Assembly: GCA_963840855.1 (NCBI GenBank)
Contig: CAWJBB010000069.1
Location: 32,001-96,000, forward strand
Length of the DNA: 64,000 nt
Direction: 5' to 3'
Source: an uncultured delta proteobacterium
Lineage (GTDB): Bacteria > Desulfobacterota > Binatia > UBA9968
In this document: positions 28,467 through 37,444 of the stretch, piece by piece
Layout: every line of letters begins with the position of its first letter
Numbering within the stretch: the stretch's first letter is position 1
The notes under the pieces: model-generated
Told to the model about the DNA's origin: nothing
The model's database searches: none
Seen by the model: only the letters and a program-made list of their open reading frames with translations
Made by a program: the position numbers and the translations under genes

Positions 28467-29453
28467 TCACTTGATCACTTTATCCGCTCTATACAGTACG
28501 GACTGCGGGATGGTCAGGCCGATCTGCTTGGCAGCTTTAAGATTAATGATGAACTCGAATTTCGTCGGTTGCTCGACTGGGAGATCAGCGGGCTTGGCGC
28601 CTTTCAATATCTTGTCGACATACGTCGCGGCGCGGCGGAACAATTCGGGATAGTTCGTGCCGTAGGTCATGAGTCCGCCGGCGTCGACATATTCCGGCCT
28701 GGCATAGGCCGCCGGCAGCCGATGCTTTGCCGCAAGGTCGACAACTTGTTGGCGCTGGAGATTGAGGATGGGATTCCCCAGCACCAGAAGCGCATGGGCG
28801 CGCCCCTTGGCGGCGGCTCGGACCACCGGCTCAATATCCTTGGGATCTTGGACGTCCAGATATCGAAGATAGATGTCGTAGGATCCGGCGGCGAGTACCG
28901 TCTCTCGTAAAACTTGTGCGTCGCCTGGGTTGGTCGAATTGCCGATGATAGCCACACGCGAAAGTTTGGGAACGATCTCTTTCAGGAGCTCCAGTTGTTT
29001 GCCGCTCATCTCCGGTGCCAGAGCCGCCAATCCAGTGATGTTCCCGCCAGGTTTCGCCAGACTGGCGATGAACCCGTTGCCGACGGGATCGGTATCTTGC
29101 CCCATGACGATCGGTATCGTAGAAGTTGCTTCTTTGAGGACACGGGTTATCGTCGGCCCAGCGGAGACGATGACGTCGACCTTCAGACGCACGAGCTCGG
29201 CGGCAAGTTCATTGCGACGCTCGATTTTTCCTTCTGAAGAGCGCCACTCGATGATGATGTTCTTACCTTCAATGTACCCGATCTCGCGGAGACCTTGGCG
29301 GAAGCCTTCGATGCGAGCGGTCATAGCAGAAGCAGGCGCGTCGAGCTGAAATCCTATACGCGGGACCTTCGCCGACTGCTGCGCCTCGGCTATCAACACA
29401 ACACCGAGCAGCGTCACTGCAACCAAGATTAACGACCAACGAGCTTTGATCAT
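28467..29453 (-). CDS. ABC_sub_bind substrate-binding protein
   Basis: Intact 328 aa with the same family motifs. Confidence 0.9.
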   Translation of the reverse strand: MIKARWSLILVAVTLLGVVLIAEAQQSAKVPRIGFQLDAPASAMTARIEGFRQGLREIGYIEGKNIIIEWRSSEGKIERRNELAAELVRLKVDVIVSAGPTITRVLKEATSTIPIVMGQDTDPVGNGFIASLAKPGGNITGLAALAPEMSGKQLELLKEIVPKLSRVAIIGNSTNPGDAQVLRETVLAAGSYDIYLRYLDVQDPKDIEPVVRAAAKGRAHALLVLGNPILNLQRQQVVDLAAKHRLPAAYARPEYVDAGGLMTYGTNYPELFRRAATYVDKILKGAKPADLPVEQPTKFEFIINLKAAKQIGLTIPQSVLYRADKVIK

Positions 29454-29565
29454 TGCTCACCTCGTTCATGAGCAAACTTATCACGCTCGCGGTAATTGCG
29501 AAAACGATTAGTTACGGCATAAGAAAAACCCGATTTGTCGAGGGGAAAAAAGGCAATTTCGACGC

Positions 29566-29635
29566 AGGATTGAATTGTACGACGCAACGAACAAATCTCA
29601 CAGGATTGTGTCGTCGGAGAAATTAGTTCAATCCT
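29566..29635. repeat. 70-bp SBP-array palindrome, copy D (more diverged)
   Basis: AGGATTGAATTGTACGACGCAACGAACAAATCTCACAGGATTGTGTCGTCGGAGAAATTAGTTCAATCCT. Confidence 0.88.
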
Positions 29636-29811
29636 CGCGGTTCCCGCGTCCTCGCGGCGCTCAAAGCCCACGATAATTATTCGTAGAGTTGTCTACTATT
29701 GGACAGTAATCCTTACCCATTGGCTTATGTTAAGGTTAGGAATTGAATAACGTGATTCGTTGGACGGCGGCCTACCAGATTCGGAAGGCCCAGCCTTTTT
29801 GGAGAAACATG

Positions 29812-30069
29812 ATGGACAGAACATGGTCGGTAGAAATTGAAGGCAAGAAACACCTGATCGAAGTTGACTATGGCAGGAATGCCAGCCAGACCGGCAAACT
29901 ATTGGTCGACGGCAATGAATTGCAGACTTGGAAGAATGCTCAGCATTTGGACGTCCCTCCAGAGATTACTTTCCAGGTCGAAGGCAAACCGGCCGTCTTA
30001 CGCGCAAAGGGGTTTTTTAAACCCAGGATAGATTTCTTTTTTGGAGGGCAATTAATAGAACAAGCTTAA
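29812..30069 (+). CDS. Small hypothetical beta-rich protein
   Basis: GGAGA RBS; RTWSVEIEGKKHLIEV...KLLVDG. Confidence 0.55.
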   Translation: MDRTWSVEIEGKKHLIEVDYGRNASQTGKLLVDGNELQTWKNAQHLDVPPEITFQVEGKPAVLRAKGFFKPRIDFFFGGQLIEQA

Positions 30070-30250
30070 TTCAAAATTAGGCATACCGGAGGGCGAGTTT
30101 TAAAGCCCCTCGACTGCCTTCTTACCGAGTCTATTCAATATACAGATTCTTAACTGTTCGGTACAAAGGATTTAGCAGGGATCAGCAGCAAGAGGCTAGG
30201 GCCTGCAAACGTGCACGCGCGCAGTCTTTAGCTGCGAGAAAGGGGATTAT

Positions 30251-30841
30251 ATGGAGAGAATTCTTTTTCTTCTTTTCATTCTCTATTCGCTTTTTGTTGC
30301 TTCAATTATCTCAGCTGCTGAGAGTCAAACATGGATGATACGACCCGGCGACAATCTTGATATCATTGCGACGACTCTGGAAATTCCCAAAGAAGAAATT
30401 AAAAAACATAATCCCGGGGTTTTGGAGAACAGTCTCCAAATCGGCCAGAAGCTGAAACTGCCGCTTCGCTCATATGTAGAGGTTAAGACGCTGGAAGACG
30501 AACTGGGCAAAAAAGTTGAGCGGATTGGAAAGCTCGAAAGAAAAAGCAGTGATTCTGAGCAAAAAATCGCTAGCGCAGAATCGCAGTTGCGCTGGCATCC
30601 CGTTTGGCTTTGGGGATTCTGGATTTCTTTCGGCATTATTGCATTTATAGTTTCCGGCGCATATTGGATTTTTCGTCAAACGCACCCGCAGGTTTTTGAG
30701 CAACCGCATGACCGGTCCATCAGAGACTTAAGAGAAAGCAAAATACGAGCGCGGTCATCATTTCCGCACGACGAAGAAGGTGCAAGCAGCCGCGGAGGCA
30801 AATGGCAGCCGTCACTGAAGCCGCTTCCCGCACACCGTTAG
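30251..30841 (+). CDS. LysM domain membrane protein
   Basis: IRPGDNLDIIA...HNP...LQIGQKLKLP LysM domain, coiled coil, TM helix. Confidence 0.8.
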   Translation: MERILFLLFILYSLFVASIISAAESQTWMIRPGDNLDIIATTLEIPKEEIKKHNPGVLENSLQIGQKLKLPLRSYVEVKTLEDELGKKVERIGKLERKSSDSEQKIASAESQLRWHPVWLWGFWISFGIIAFIVSGAYWIFRQTHPQVFEQPHDRSIRDLRESKIRARSSFPHDEEGASSRGGKWQPSLKPLPAHR

Positions 30842-30950
30842 CGGAAACAGATGAAGCTCAGGTGCCAAGCCGGCAGTTGGCGCTCCTCTAACGAACGAGC
30901 CCATCGCAACACAGCGGCCTTCATGACGCAGACTGTCAGAAGCAGCGTTA

Positions 30951-30980
30951 GGAATGGATTGATGGAGAATTCAGTTCAAT
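30951..30980. repeat. Right half of the 70-bp palindrome (copy F)
   Basis: GATGGAGAATTCAGTTCAAT. Confidence 0.75.
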
Positions 30981-31007
30981 TAGGGGTCTGTTCTTGGGGA
31001 AAACATA

Positions 31008-31994
31008 TTAGCTTGCCGTGGCGGCTACAATAACACTTGCGCGATTTCCTAATGGCCTACGGTCGACTTGGCGCCAACCACTCGTTTGAAGCCAGTTACG
31101 AACTTCTTCCTCGCTATAAATATCGCCTTCTCCGGTTCGTAGTAGGAAGGCGCCAGCCATCAGCGCAGCGAACATCGGTTCTGTGTGAGTGGAATTAGTC
31201 CAAAAGTCGACGAGTAACAGCGTTGCATCATCTCGCACGTTTTGGCGGAGACGCCGAAGGAGTACAAGATTATGCTCCGGTAAAAGTAAATGCATCACGT
31301 TGGCGATAATGATAACGTCGTTATCCTGCGGAATTGGATCGGTAAAGAAATCGCCTTCCACTACGCTGATCCGATTCGCAATGGTTTGAGGTATCCGTCG
31401 CCGAGCAACAGCGGCAACTTGTGGGCGTTCAAACAAAATTGCTTCCAAATGGCTTGCCTGCCTTAACACCGCGCTGAGGAAGGAGCCCGTCCCTCCTCCG
31501 AGATCTAATACGCGATGATGAGAAGTAAAATCATACGTAGCAGCAAGCGCATTCGCAGCCTCCACTGTGAATGATTCTACCCCTTCTGAATAAATTCGTT
31601 GCTCTTCTTCTGTGAGTTTGAGATCCTTGAACACGGGCTTGCCCGTCCGGACTGCTTCTTCTAGTTTCATCCACATGGAATAATTCAGCCGGTCCAAGTA
31701 CCGCAAGAGTGGCCGCAAATCTTCGTTGCCACGGCCGCTCAAGAAACTGAGCGCCGCCGCGCTATTGTGGTATCGCCCGCCGTGATTTTCCACAAAGCCT
31801 AACGCAACCATGGCATCAGTCAGTATTCGCATCGTTCGACCTGGCATCCCGATGCGTTGCGTTAGTTCATCCAAGGTAGCCGGACTATCAGCCAGCTGCT
31901 CAAATATCCCTACCTCATTAGCGACGAATAGGAGTTTGGACGCCATGAATCCGCAGCCAACCTGAAATATCGTGTCGGGTTTTACGTCGTTCAT
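31008..31994 (-). CDS. O-methyltransferase (family 2, with dimerisation domain)
   Basis: LDLGGGTG, GDFF, NVMH motifs. Confidence 0.88.
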   Translation of the reverse strand: MNDVKPDTIFQVGCGFMASKLLFVANEVGIFEQLADSPATLDELTQRIGMPGRTMRILTDAMVALGFVENHGGRYHNSAAALSFLSGRGNEDLRPLLRYLDRLNYSMWMKLEEAVRTGKPVFKDLKLTEEEQRIYSEGVESFTVEAANALAATYDFTSHHRVLDLGGGTGSFLSAVLRQASHLEAILFERPQVAAVARRRIPQTIANRISVVEGDFFTDPIPQDNDVIIIANVMHLLLPEHNLVLLRRLRQNVRDDATLLLVDFWTNSTHTEPMFAALMAGAFLLRTGEGDIYSEEEVRNWLQTSGWRQVDRRPLGNRASVIVAATAS

Positions 31995-32108
31995 GGATCG
32001 CTCCTTCCACGAATTCTAAACAGCTTCAGCTAGGAGTATATTCAACGATCGATATGGCCCGGAGCCTAATTCGATTTCGGGCAACCGTCAAGATTTATCA
32101 TTTACGCT

Positions 32109-32128
32109 AGGATTGAACTGAACGACGC
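32109..32128. repeat. Left half of the 70-bp palindrome (copy G)
   Basis: AGGATTGAACTGAACGACGC, preceded by TTTACGCT like copy B (TTTACCGCT). Confidence 0.78.
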
Positions 32129-32341
32129 GTCAAACCAATCCCAAACAACGTAATGTATTGGCGGCCAAGGTGCCGGAATCACATGAAAATCCCAGCCTTA
32201 GGAGGTAGAGACTAGCGTCACTTTGGAAGCGAGACCGTGAGCACCAAAAATGGTCTATCTATTCGCGCCGTAATAAGGTCTTTTTCCTTGCGCGATGAAC
32301 TACCGGAATTAGGTGCACAGGTGTTGGAAATGATCGGCAGC

Positions 32342-33391
32342 CTAGTTTGCCGAGCGTGGCTCATCAAGAAATAACTGTACTTCGCGAAAAAGATGGATGC
32401 GATTCTTCTCCAGGAAAACTACGTGAGTGCCCTCCCCGATTTGAACAAGACGTTTATAGTGGGTGTTGCTGAGTTTGCCGAAGACCGCCTGCGCCCCTGT
32501 GACCGGGGTAACGTCATCCCACTCTGCGAGCACAATTAAGGTAGGTGCCTTAATTTCGGATGGCTCCCATAGAGGCTTCCCGGCAAACCAGTACTCCTGA
32601 GTATCTTGGACAGTGCCGTTTGGAGTGCGCACAACCGGCGGTGTCTGCTTGGCGCCGACTGGGTCGGTGGCAAGTGTGGCCGCAGACCACGCTTCGAACC
32701 AAGCTGCCGGCATCAAGTCTTTTTTCTTTTCTTCCGGCGCGCCAGTTTGAAGACGGCTCCTCGCTTGCTCCATCGTCCATGCTTGATATGCGCCAAGCCT
32801 TGCGGGGCTACCGCTCGCCGGCGCCTTGCGTATCCAGCCCGGTGCATAGAGCACCAGACGATTGACTTTGTCGCTGTTTTGCGTGGCGTATCGGCCCATG
32901 ATCGCGGTACCCCAAGACCAGCCCATTAAATTGAGTTTGGTCACGCCTCGACGGACCAGGATATGATCAACAGCTGCCCCTACGTCCCTAACTGCAACAT
33001 CGGTTCTGACGATGGGTGGATTGTCAGCGGCCGGCTTTTCCATCTCTAGGGGGCGCGTGGAACGACCGTAGCCCCGCAAATCAACCAGATAAACATCGTA
33101 GCCGCGGCGTGCGATGTAATCCATCCACGAGAAACCATCCAAAGGCAAATCGAATGTACTGCTCGCTGCCTGTGTGGTACCGTGCACATAGAGCAGCGTC
33201 TTCTCCCCGCTGAATTGGGCCATGCCTTCGGGGCGCTTATTCCTGACATACAGTTGAATGCCAGGGTCATGCGATTGAATCATATAGCTCTCTGTAACGA
33301 GCTTGAGTTCTGCTTGAGAGGTGATTCCGGCGCAGCCCATCAACACCAAGAACGAGAGGATGCTGACCCGATTCCATTCTGAATAGATCAT
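32342..33391 (-). CDS. Alpha/beta hydrolase, probably exported (gene cassette)
   Basis: HG, DLRGYGRS, GWSWG nucleophile, GTH; starts just after an attC. Confidence 0.85.
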   Translation of the reverse strand: MIYSEWNRVSILSFLVLMGCAGITSQAELKLVTESYMIQSHDPGIQLYVRNKRPEGMAQFSGEKTLLYVHGTTQAASSTFDLPLDGFSWMDYIARRGYDVYLVDLRGYGRSTRPLEMEKPAADNPPIVRTDVAVRDVGAAVDHILVRRGVTKLNLMGWSWGTAIMGRYATQNSDKVNRLVLYAPGWIRKAPASGSPARLGAYQAWTMEQARSRLQTGAPEEKKKDLMPAAWFEAWSAATLATDPVGAKQTPPVVRTPNGTVQDTQEYWFAGKPLWEPSEIKAPTLIVLAEWDDVTPVTGAQAVFGKLSNTHYKRLVQIGEGTHVVFLEKNRIHLFREVQLFLDEPRSAN

Positions 33392-33424
33392 ATGCTCCTC
33401 CTATAGCTCACCATCCATACTGCG

Positions 33425-33497
33425 GCCCAACCGCACATGTTGACCGGCCGCGGCGAGCGAATGCGAGCCAGAGGACCGGTCGAGCGTGGAGTTGGGC
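33425..33497 (-). mobile_element. Integron attC site
   Basis: Minus strand GCCCAAC-TCCAC-GCTCGACCGG...GCTCGCATTCGCTCGCCGCGG-CCGGTCAAC...GTTGGGC; complementary R''/R' and paired L boxes. Confidence 0.78.
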
Positions 33498-33527
33498 GAT
33501 ACGGTGCGCCTGGCTGATGCGTGCTCC

Positions 33528-34679
33528 CTATTCCGATTCGGCACACGACCACTCAAAGAGATTGTCGTACACCAGTCCCCAAGGCGGCCGCAGAAAGCCG
33601 AGCGCACGAACATCTTCGTACCAGTAGCCGAACGGTGAGGATCGCGAGAACGTCCCTCCACCGATCACCCGACAAATCCGCCCCGTGGCAGACTCCGCCA
33701 ATTCTGCGATAGCCGTTTTCGCCTGCGCCGCCCGGCGCCGCCCTTCGTTCCCCTCCTCGACGGCGCGGAGCATGCCGTCGTACGCTTGCTCAATCAACCA
33801 GCCTTCCATCTCGGCTCTCGACCATTCGACCCGCTCGTAGGCGCGCAAAGTATCGCGCCGCCTGACCATGTGCTGGCGCGCCGACGTGACTGCGGTCTCG
33901 ACGACTCCAACGATGACCGAAGCGAAAGCACATTGGATGAATCCGCCGGTGGCTTCTATCCTTTTCAGAAGGTTCCCCGGGTGGGCACTACGCTGGCCAG
34001 GGAAGTTCGCGAACGCCATCGCGTGACTCTGAGTGGCTACCATTCCATGACCATCCCAGGGTGCTGTTAGAGTCACCCCCGTTGTGCCGTCCCAGGGCAC
34101 GCCCCGCATATCGAGGAAGAACAAGTCGGGGGTTGTCTCTCCCTCTGGGAGAGCCGTCGTGATCATATAGGAGGTTATCCCGGAACCGCTCCCGAACTGC
34201 TTCTGGCCGGTGATCAGATAACGGCCGTCGCTGCCCGCAGGGCGCGCAGTCGCCTTCGTCTTCGCCATGTCGCCACCACTACCAGGCTCTGATGTGATGG
34301 TTCCCCACCAGGCGCCTTCTCTCACCGTTTGGAAAATCTCAGAGCGTTGCGCGACCCATGCCTCCTGAGATGGCGGAGGCACTTCCGGTGAGGTCAGCCA
34401 TACAGCGAGGACCGACGGGTGCATCGCACAAACAAGCGCAACGGAAGGATCCCCGTGCGCCAGAATTCGCAGCGTTTCGCAAACGGGACGTGTCGAACGG
34501 CGCAGGTCCTGCCAGACACCGCCCTCCTCGACCGGGACGCCGGTGAGGAGAAACCCGGCATCCCGCAGCGACGCGAAGTCAGCAGTGACCAATGCGCGCC
34601 GTTGCTGGCGCTCAGTGCGCTCGGCGGCAAAGCGGGACGATATGTCCCCCAGATTCTTGAGGACGGTATGGATGTCCAT
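33528..34679 (-). CDS. Acyl-CoA dehydrogenase family protein (gene cassette)
   Basis: ITSEPGSGGD, GQKQFGSGSG, GG.TF; AGGAGG RBS; bounded by attC sites. Confidence 0.85.
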   Translation of the reverse strand: MDIHTVLKNLGDISSRFAAERTERQQRRALVTADFASLRDAGFLLTGVPVEEGGVWQDLRRSTRPVCETLRILAHGDPSVALVCAMHPSVLAVWLTSPEVPPPSQEAWVAQRSEIFQTVREGAWWGTITSEPGSGGDMAKTKATARPAGSDGRYLITGQKQFGSGSGITSYMITTALPEGETTPDLFFLDMRGVPWDGTTGVTLTAPWDGHGMVATQSHAMAFANFPGQRSAHPGNLLKRIEATGGFIQCAFASVIVGVVETAVTSARQHMVRRRDTLRAYERVEWSRAEMEGWLIEQAYDGMLRAVEEGNEGRRRAAQAKTAIAELAESATGRICRVIGGGTFSRSSPFGYWYEDVRALGFLRPPWGLVYDNLFEWSCAESE

Positions 34680-34715
34680 CGCTTCCCTCCTTGCCAATAA
34701 CTCGTCGGTCAAGTC

Positions 34716-34773
34716 GCCTAACGTACCGCTCAGCCGGCGCTTTTAGTGATCGGTCTGAAGCGAAAAGTTAGGC
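34716..34773 (-). mobile_element. Integron attC site (58 bp)
   Basis: Minus strand GCCTAAC-TTTTC-GCT[T]CAG[A]CCG...CGGCTGAGC-GGTAC-GTTAGGC with two extrahelical bases. Confidence 0.85.
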
Positions 34774-34797
34774 AATTCAAAGTCGAGCAATAACCCT

Positions 34798-35841
34798 TCA
34801 CGTTCGTTGTCTGATGTAGCGCAATACACCAAGGTCACCAGCCCGTGAAGAAGCGCGGAACATATCCGCCGCCTCTTTAGCGAACATAACATCAACGTCA
34901 GCCTTCTCCCGCGTCAAGCCCTGCTCGTAAATATAACGTGCTAATGTTTCCAGCGCCGAGCGATTAGCCTCAACTCCATAGGCGAAAGGGTCTTTCCCGA
35001 AGAAGCGGAAGTTTTCCTCGAGATGCCAGTGAAGCCAAGGCAGGGATGTTTGGTATACGCTCGGATCACCAAGATTTTGATAACAATGCCTCTTGGCGTC
35101 TTCAAACGCCTTCATGAGACTTGCGGCGATCCACTGGTTGTGATCGTAGATGTCTCGCTTGATGGCGATCGTATGCATAATTGGAAAGATTCCAGTTTTC
35201 TTGTAATAGGCCATTTCCACATCTCGATAATTCGGGAAAAGACGGTACACATTGGGAGAGCCGTTCAAAAAAGAGGATGGCGCCAGGGAGGTAATCATTG
35301 CATCCAGCTCGCCGGCTTCAAGCATTCCATTGATTGTTTTACCAGGCGGGATTTCTTGAAGATGGATTCTGGGAGGAAGGTTTAGTTCTACTCGTTCAAC
35401 CGGATCTGGAGCTTCAATCCCGCCTCGGTACCAGGATACTTTCGTCAGATCAACACCATACTCATCCTGCAAGATTCCCCGTGCCCAAACTGCAGCGGTC
35501 TGTGAATACTCTGGTCCGCCGACCTTTTTTCCTTCGAGGTCTTTAGGCTCCCGGATTCCTGAGCGCGCATTGATGTAGATGTCCGCATGCCGGAAAACTT
35601 TGGAGGGGAAAACAGGGATAGCAATGTACGGTTTCGGAATGCGTTCGCGTGTGGTGACGTAACCTGAAGTTGAAATCTCAGTTACGTCAAATTCCGAGTG
35701 ATGGAGCACCCGCCAGAATGTTTCCCAAGGCTTCAGTTGAACGTAATTGAGCTCGATCCCTTCAGGTTGAACTGTGCCATCGATCAACGCAGCAGTGCGG
35801 TCGTAATAACGGAGCGCCATGTTGAGGCGTAGTTTAGACAT
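34798..35841 (-). CDS. 4,5-dihydroxyphthalate decarboxylase-like / SBP-fold protein (gene cassette)
   Basis: YDRTAALIDGTV.PEG, PVFPSKVFRH, Y.QTAAVWARG, GIFPIMH. Confidence 0.8.
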   Translation of the reverse strand: MSKLRLNMALRYYDRTAALIDGTVQPEGIELNYVQLKPWETFWRVLHHSEFDVTEISTSGYVTTRERIPKPYIAIPVFPSKVFRHADIYINARSGIREPKDLEGKKVGGPEYSQTAAVWARGILQDEYGVDLTKVSWYRGGIEAPDPVERVELNLPPRIHLQEIPPGKTINGMLEAGELDAMITSLAPSSFLNGSPNVYRLFPNYRDVEMAYYKKTGIFPIMHTIAIKRDIYDHNQWIAASLMKAFEDAKRHCYQNLGDPSVYQTSLPWLHWHLEENFRFFGKDPFAYGVEANRSALETLARYIYEQGLTREKADVDVMFAKEAADMFRASSRAGDLGVLRYIRQRT

Positions 35842-35912
35842 ACACGCCTCCTACTGTTTTCAGGGTAACTCGAGGAAATGTCCGGCGAGGCATTTCCTTA
35901 AATGAATATTTC

Positions 35913-35978
35913 GCCTAACTATTAGGTGAGCCGCCATAGGCAGCGACAAAGGCCGGTCGGCTCATCTCCGGCGACGGC
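35913..35978 (-). mobile_element. Degenerate attC site
   Basis: Minus strand GATGAGCCGACC...GGCGGCTCACC-TAATA-GTTAGGC; R' intact, R'' decayed. Confidence 0.55.
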
Positions 35979-36126
35979 CTCGACAATGAAATCCAAATCG
36001 GCTGCAATATCCACCAGCTACCCCAATTTGTCAACGTTTCGTTTCCCGACAAAAGCCGCCAGGGCGGCGGGTTATCTCCCTAACGAACGGCCGCTTATCG
36101 CGGCCAGACCATCGCAAAGTTCCCGC

Positions 36127-36196
36127 AGGATTGAACTGAACGACGCAACGGACAAATCTCACAGGATTGAGTCGATGGAGAATTCAGTTCAATCCT
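36127..36196. repeat. 70-bp SBP-array palindrome, copy E
   Basis: Perfect 14-bp terminal IR, near-identical to B. Confidence 0.92.
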
Positions 36197-36220
36197 GGCA
36201 TCGCAGCTTGGTTTTCTGCA

Positions 36221-37201
36221 TCACTTGAGCACTTTATCCGCCCGCGCCAGCACGTTCGGCGGAATCGTGAGACCGATTTGCTTCGCCGTCTTGAGATTGA
36301 TCACCAACTCGAACTTCATCGGCTGCTCCACGGGCAGGTCGGCGGGCTTCGTTCCTTTTAGGATCTTGTCGACATATCGAGCGCCGTCTCGGCCCTCGGT
36401 ACCGTAACCGGGTCCGTAGGACATCAGGCAACCATTGTCCACATAATCTCCCCGAGCGCATATCACCGGCAACCGATTGTGGATCGCAAGGTCCGCGATC
36501 AGTTTTTGGTTAGAATTGGCCAACGGGTTCAGCGTCACGGCGAGAGCGGCGCTACGCGCCTTAATTGCCTCTTTGAACGCATCCGGGTATTTGTCGGCAC
36601 TGTTTACCTCCATAGAATAAAGTTGCAGACCCAGTTCCCGTGCCGGCAGTAGGCTTTCTTTCCATTGTGGTGCAGAGCCTGGAGCCTGGGGATCCCACAG
36701 GACCGCAACTCGGGAAAGCTTTGGAACGGTTTCCTTAAGCAGCTCCAGTCGTTTGCCAGTCAAAATCGCCGCAATGTTGGTGATTCCCGTGCTGTTTCCT
36801 CCAGGTCGCGCCAAGCTTTCGACCAGCCCTGCCACAACAGGATCAGTCACACCCATAAAAACGATGGGAATCGTCTTAGTAGCGTTCTTGGCAGCTAGAG
36901 CAGCATTGGTTGTGACCGCCACGAGTACGTCAATCTTTAGATGCACCAGCTCGGAGGCAAGGTCGGGAAGCCGATCGAACTTGCTCCGCATATCGGGAAT
37001 CAATGGCGATGTTCTGTCCCTCAATATAGCCGAGATCACGCAGACCTTGCCGAATGCCTCCAGACGGGGCGCGTCAGCGGAAGCGGAGACAGCCGCCAAA
37101 TAACCTACTCGCGGGACTTTCTTGGGCTGCTGCGCCGTGGCGGGAAAGCTAAACGCAAAGAGCATGGCGCAAAGAGCAAGGACGGTGATTTTTCTCTTCA
37201 T
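36221..37201 (-). CDS. ABC_sub_bind substrate-binding protein (compensating frameshifts about 36985-37052)
   Basis: The segment GKVCVISAILRDRTSPLIPDMRS reads RQGLRDLGYIEGQNIAIDSRYAE in another frame. Confidence 0.8.
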   Translation of the reverse strand: MKRKITVLALCAMLFAFSFPATAQQPKKVPRVGYLAAVSASADAPRLEAFGKVCVISAILRDRTSPLIPDMRSKFDRLPDLASELVHLKIDVLVAVTTNAALAAKNATKTIPIVFMGVTDPVVAGLVESLARPGGNSTGITNIAAILTGKRLELLKETVPKLSRVAVLWDPQAPGSAPQWKESLLPARELGLQLYSMEVNSADKYPDAFKEAIKARSAALAVTLNPLANSNQKLIADLAIHNRLPVICARGDYVDNGCLMSYGPGYGTEGRDGARYVDKILKGTKPADLPVEQPMKFELVINLKTAKQIGLTIPPNVLARADKVLK

Positions 37202-37368
37202 ATTTTTCTTTGCCTCTCGTCACTCGTCACATGACACTCGTCCCCCTCACCTTATTGCGCACCTCGTTTCGTGCGTTACTTATCACGCGGATAGCGATAA
37301 AGGAAAGTGTGATTTGCGGGCGGAAGCGGACAGGTATTAGTCTGAGTAGGAAAGGCCGGATTTCTCCT

Positions 37369-37381
37369 AAGATTGAACTGA
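37369..37381. repeat. Truncated left end of the 70-bp palindrome (copy H)
   Basis: AAGATTGAACTGA, at the same position as copy A relative to a near-identical SBP leader. Confidence 0.6.
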
Positions 37382-37444
37382 CGCTTCTGTGGAATCCAGG
37401 TCCCAAATATTTGTGATCTCGGATTCAATGGGAGATGGGTAGAT

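Noticed and set aside
30886-30953. CTCTAAC...GTTAGGA as an attC site
   Set aside because: The inner arms do not pair; there is only a short similarity (TAACGAACG..CCATCGCAA) to 36078-36108.
22952-36196. The 70-bp repeats as a CRISPR array or canonical attC sites
   Set aside because: Spacing is about 1.2 kb with whole genes between and there are no cas genes; the cores deviate from RYYYAAC/GTTRRRY and L boxes are absent.
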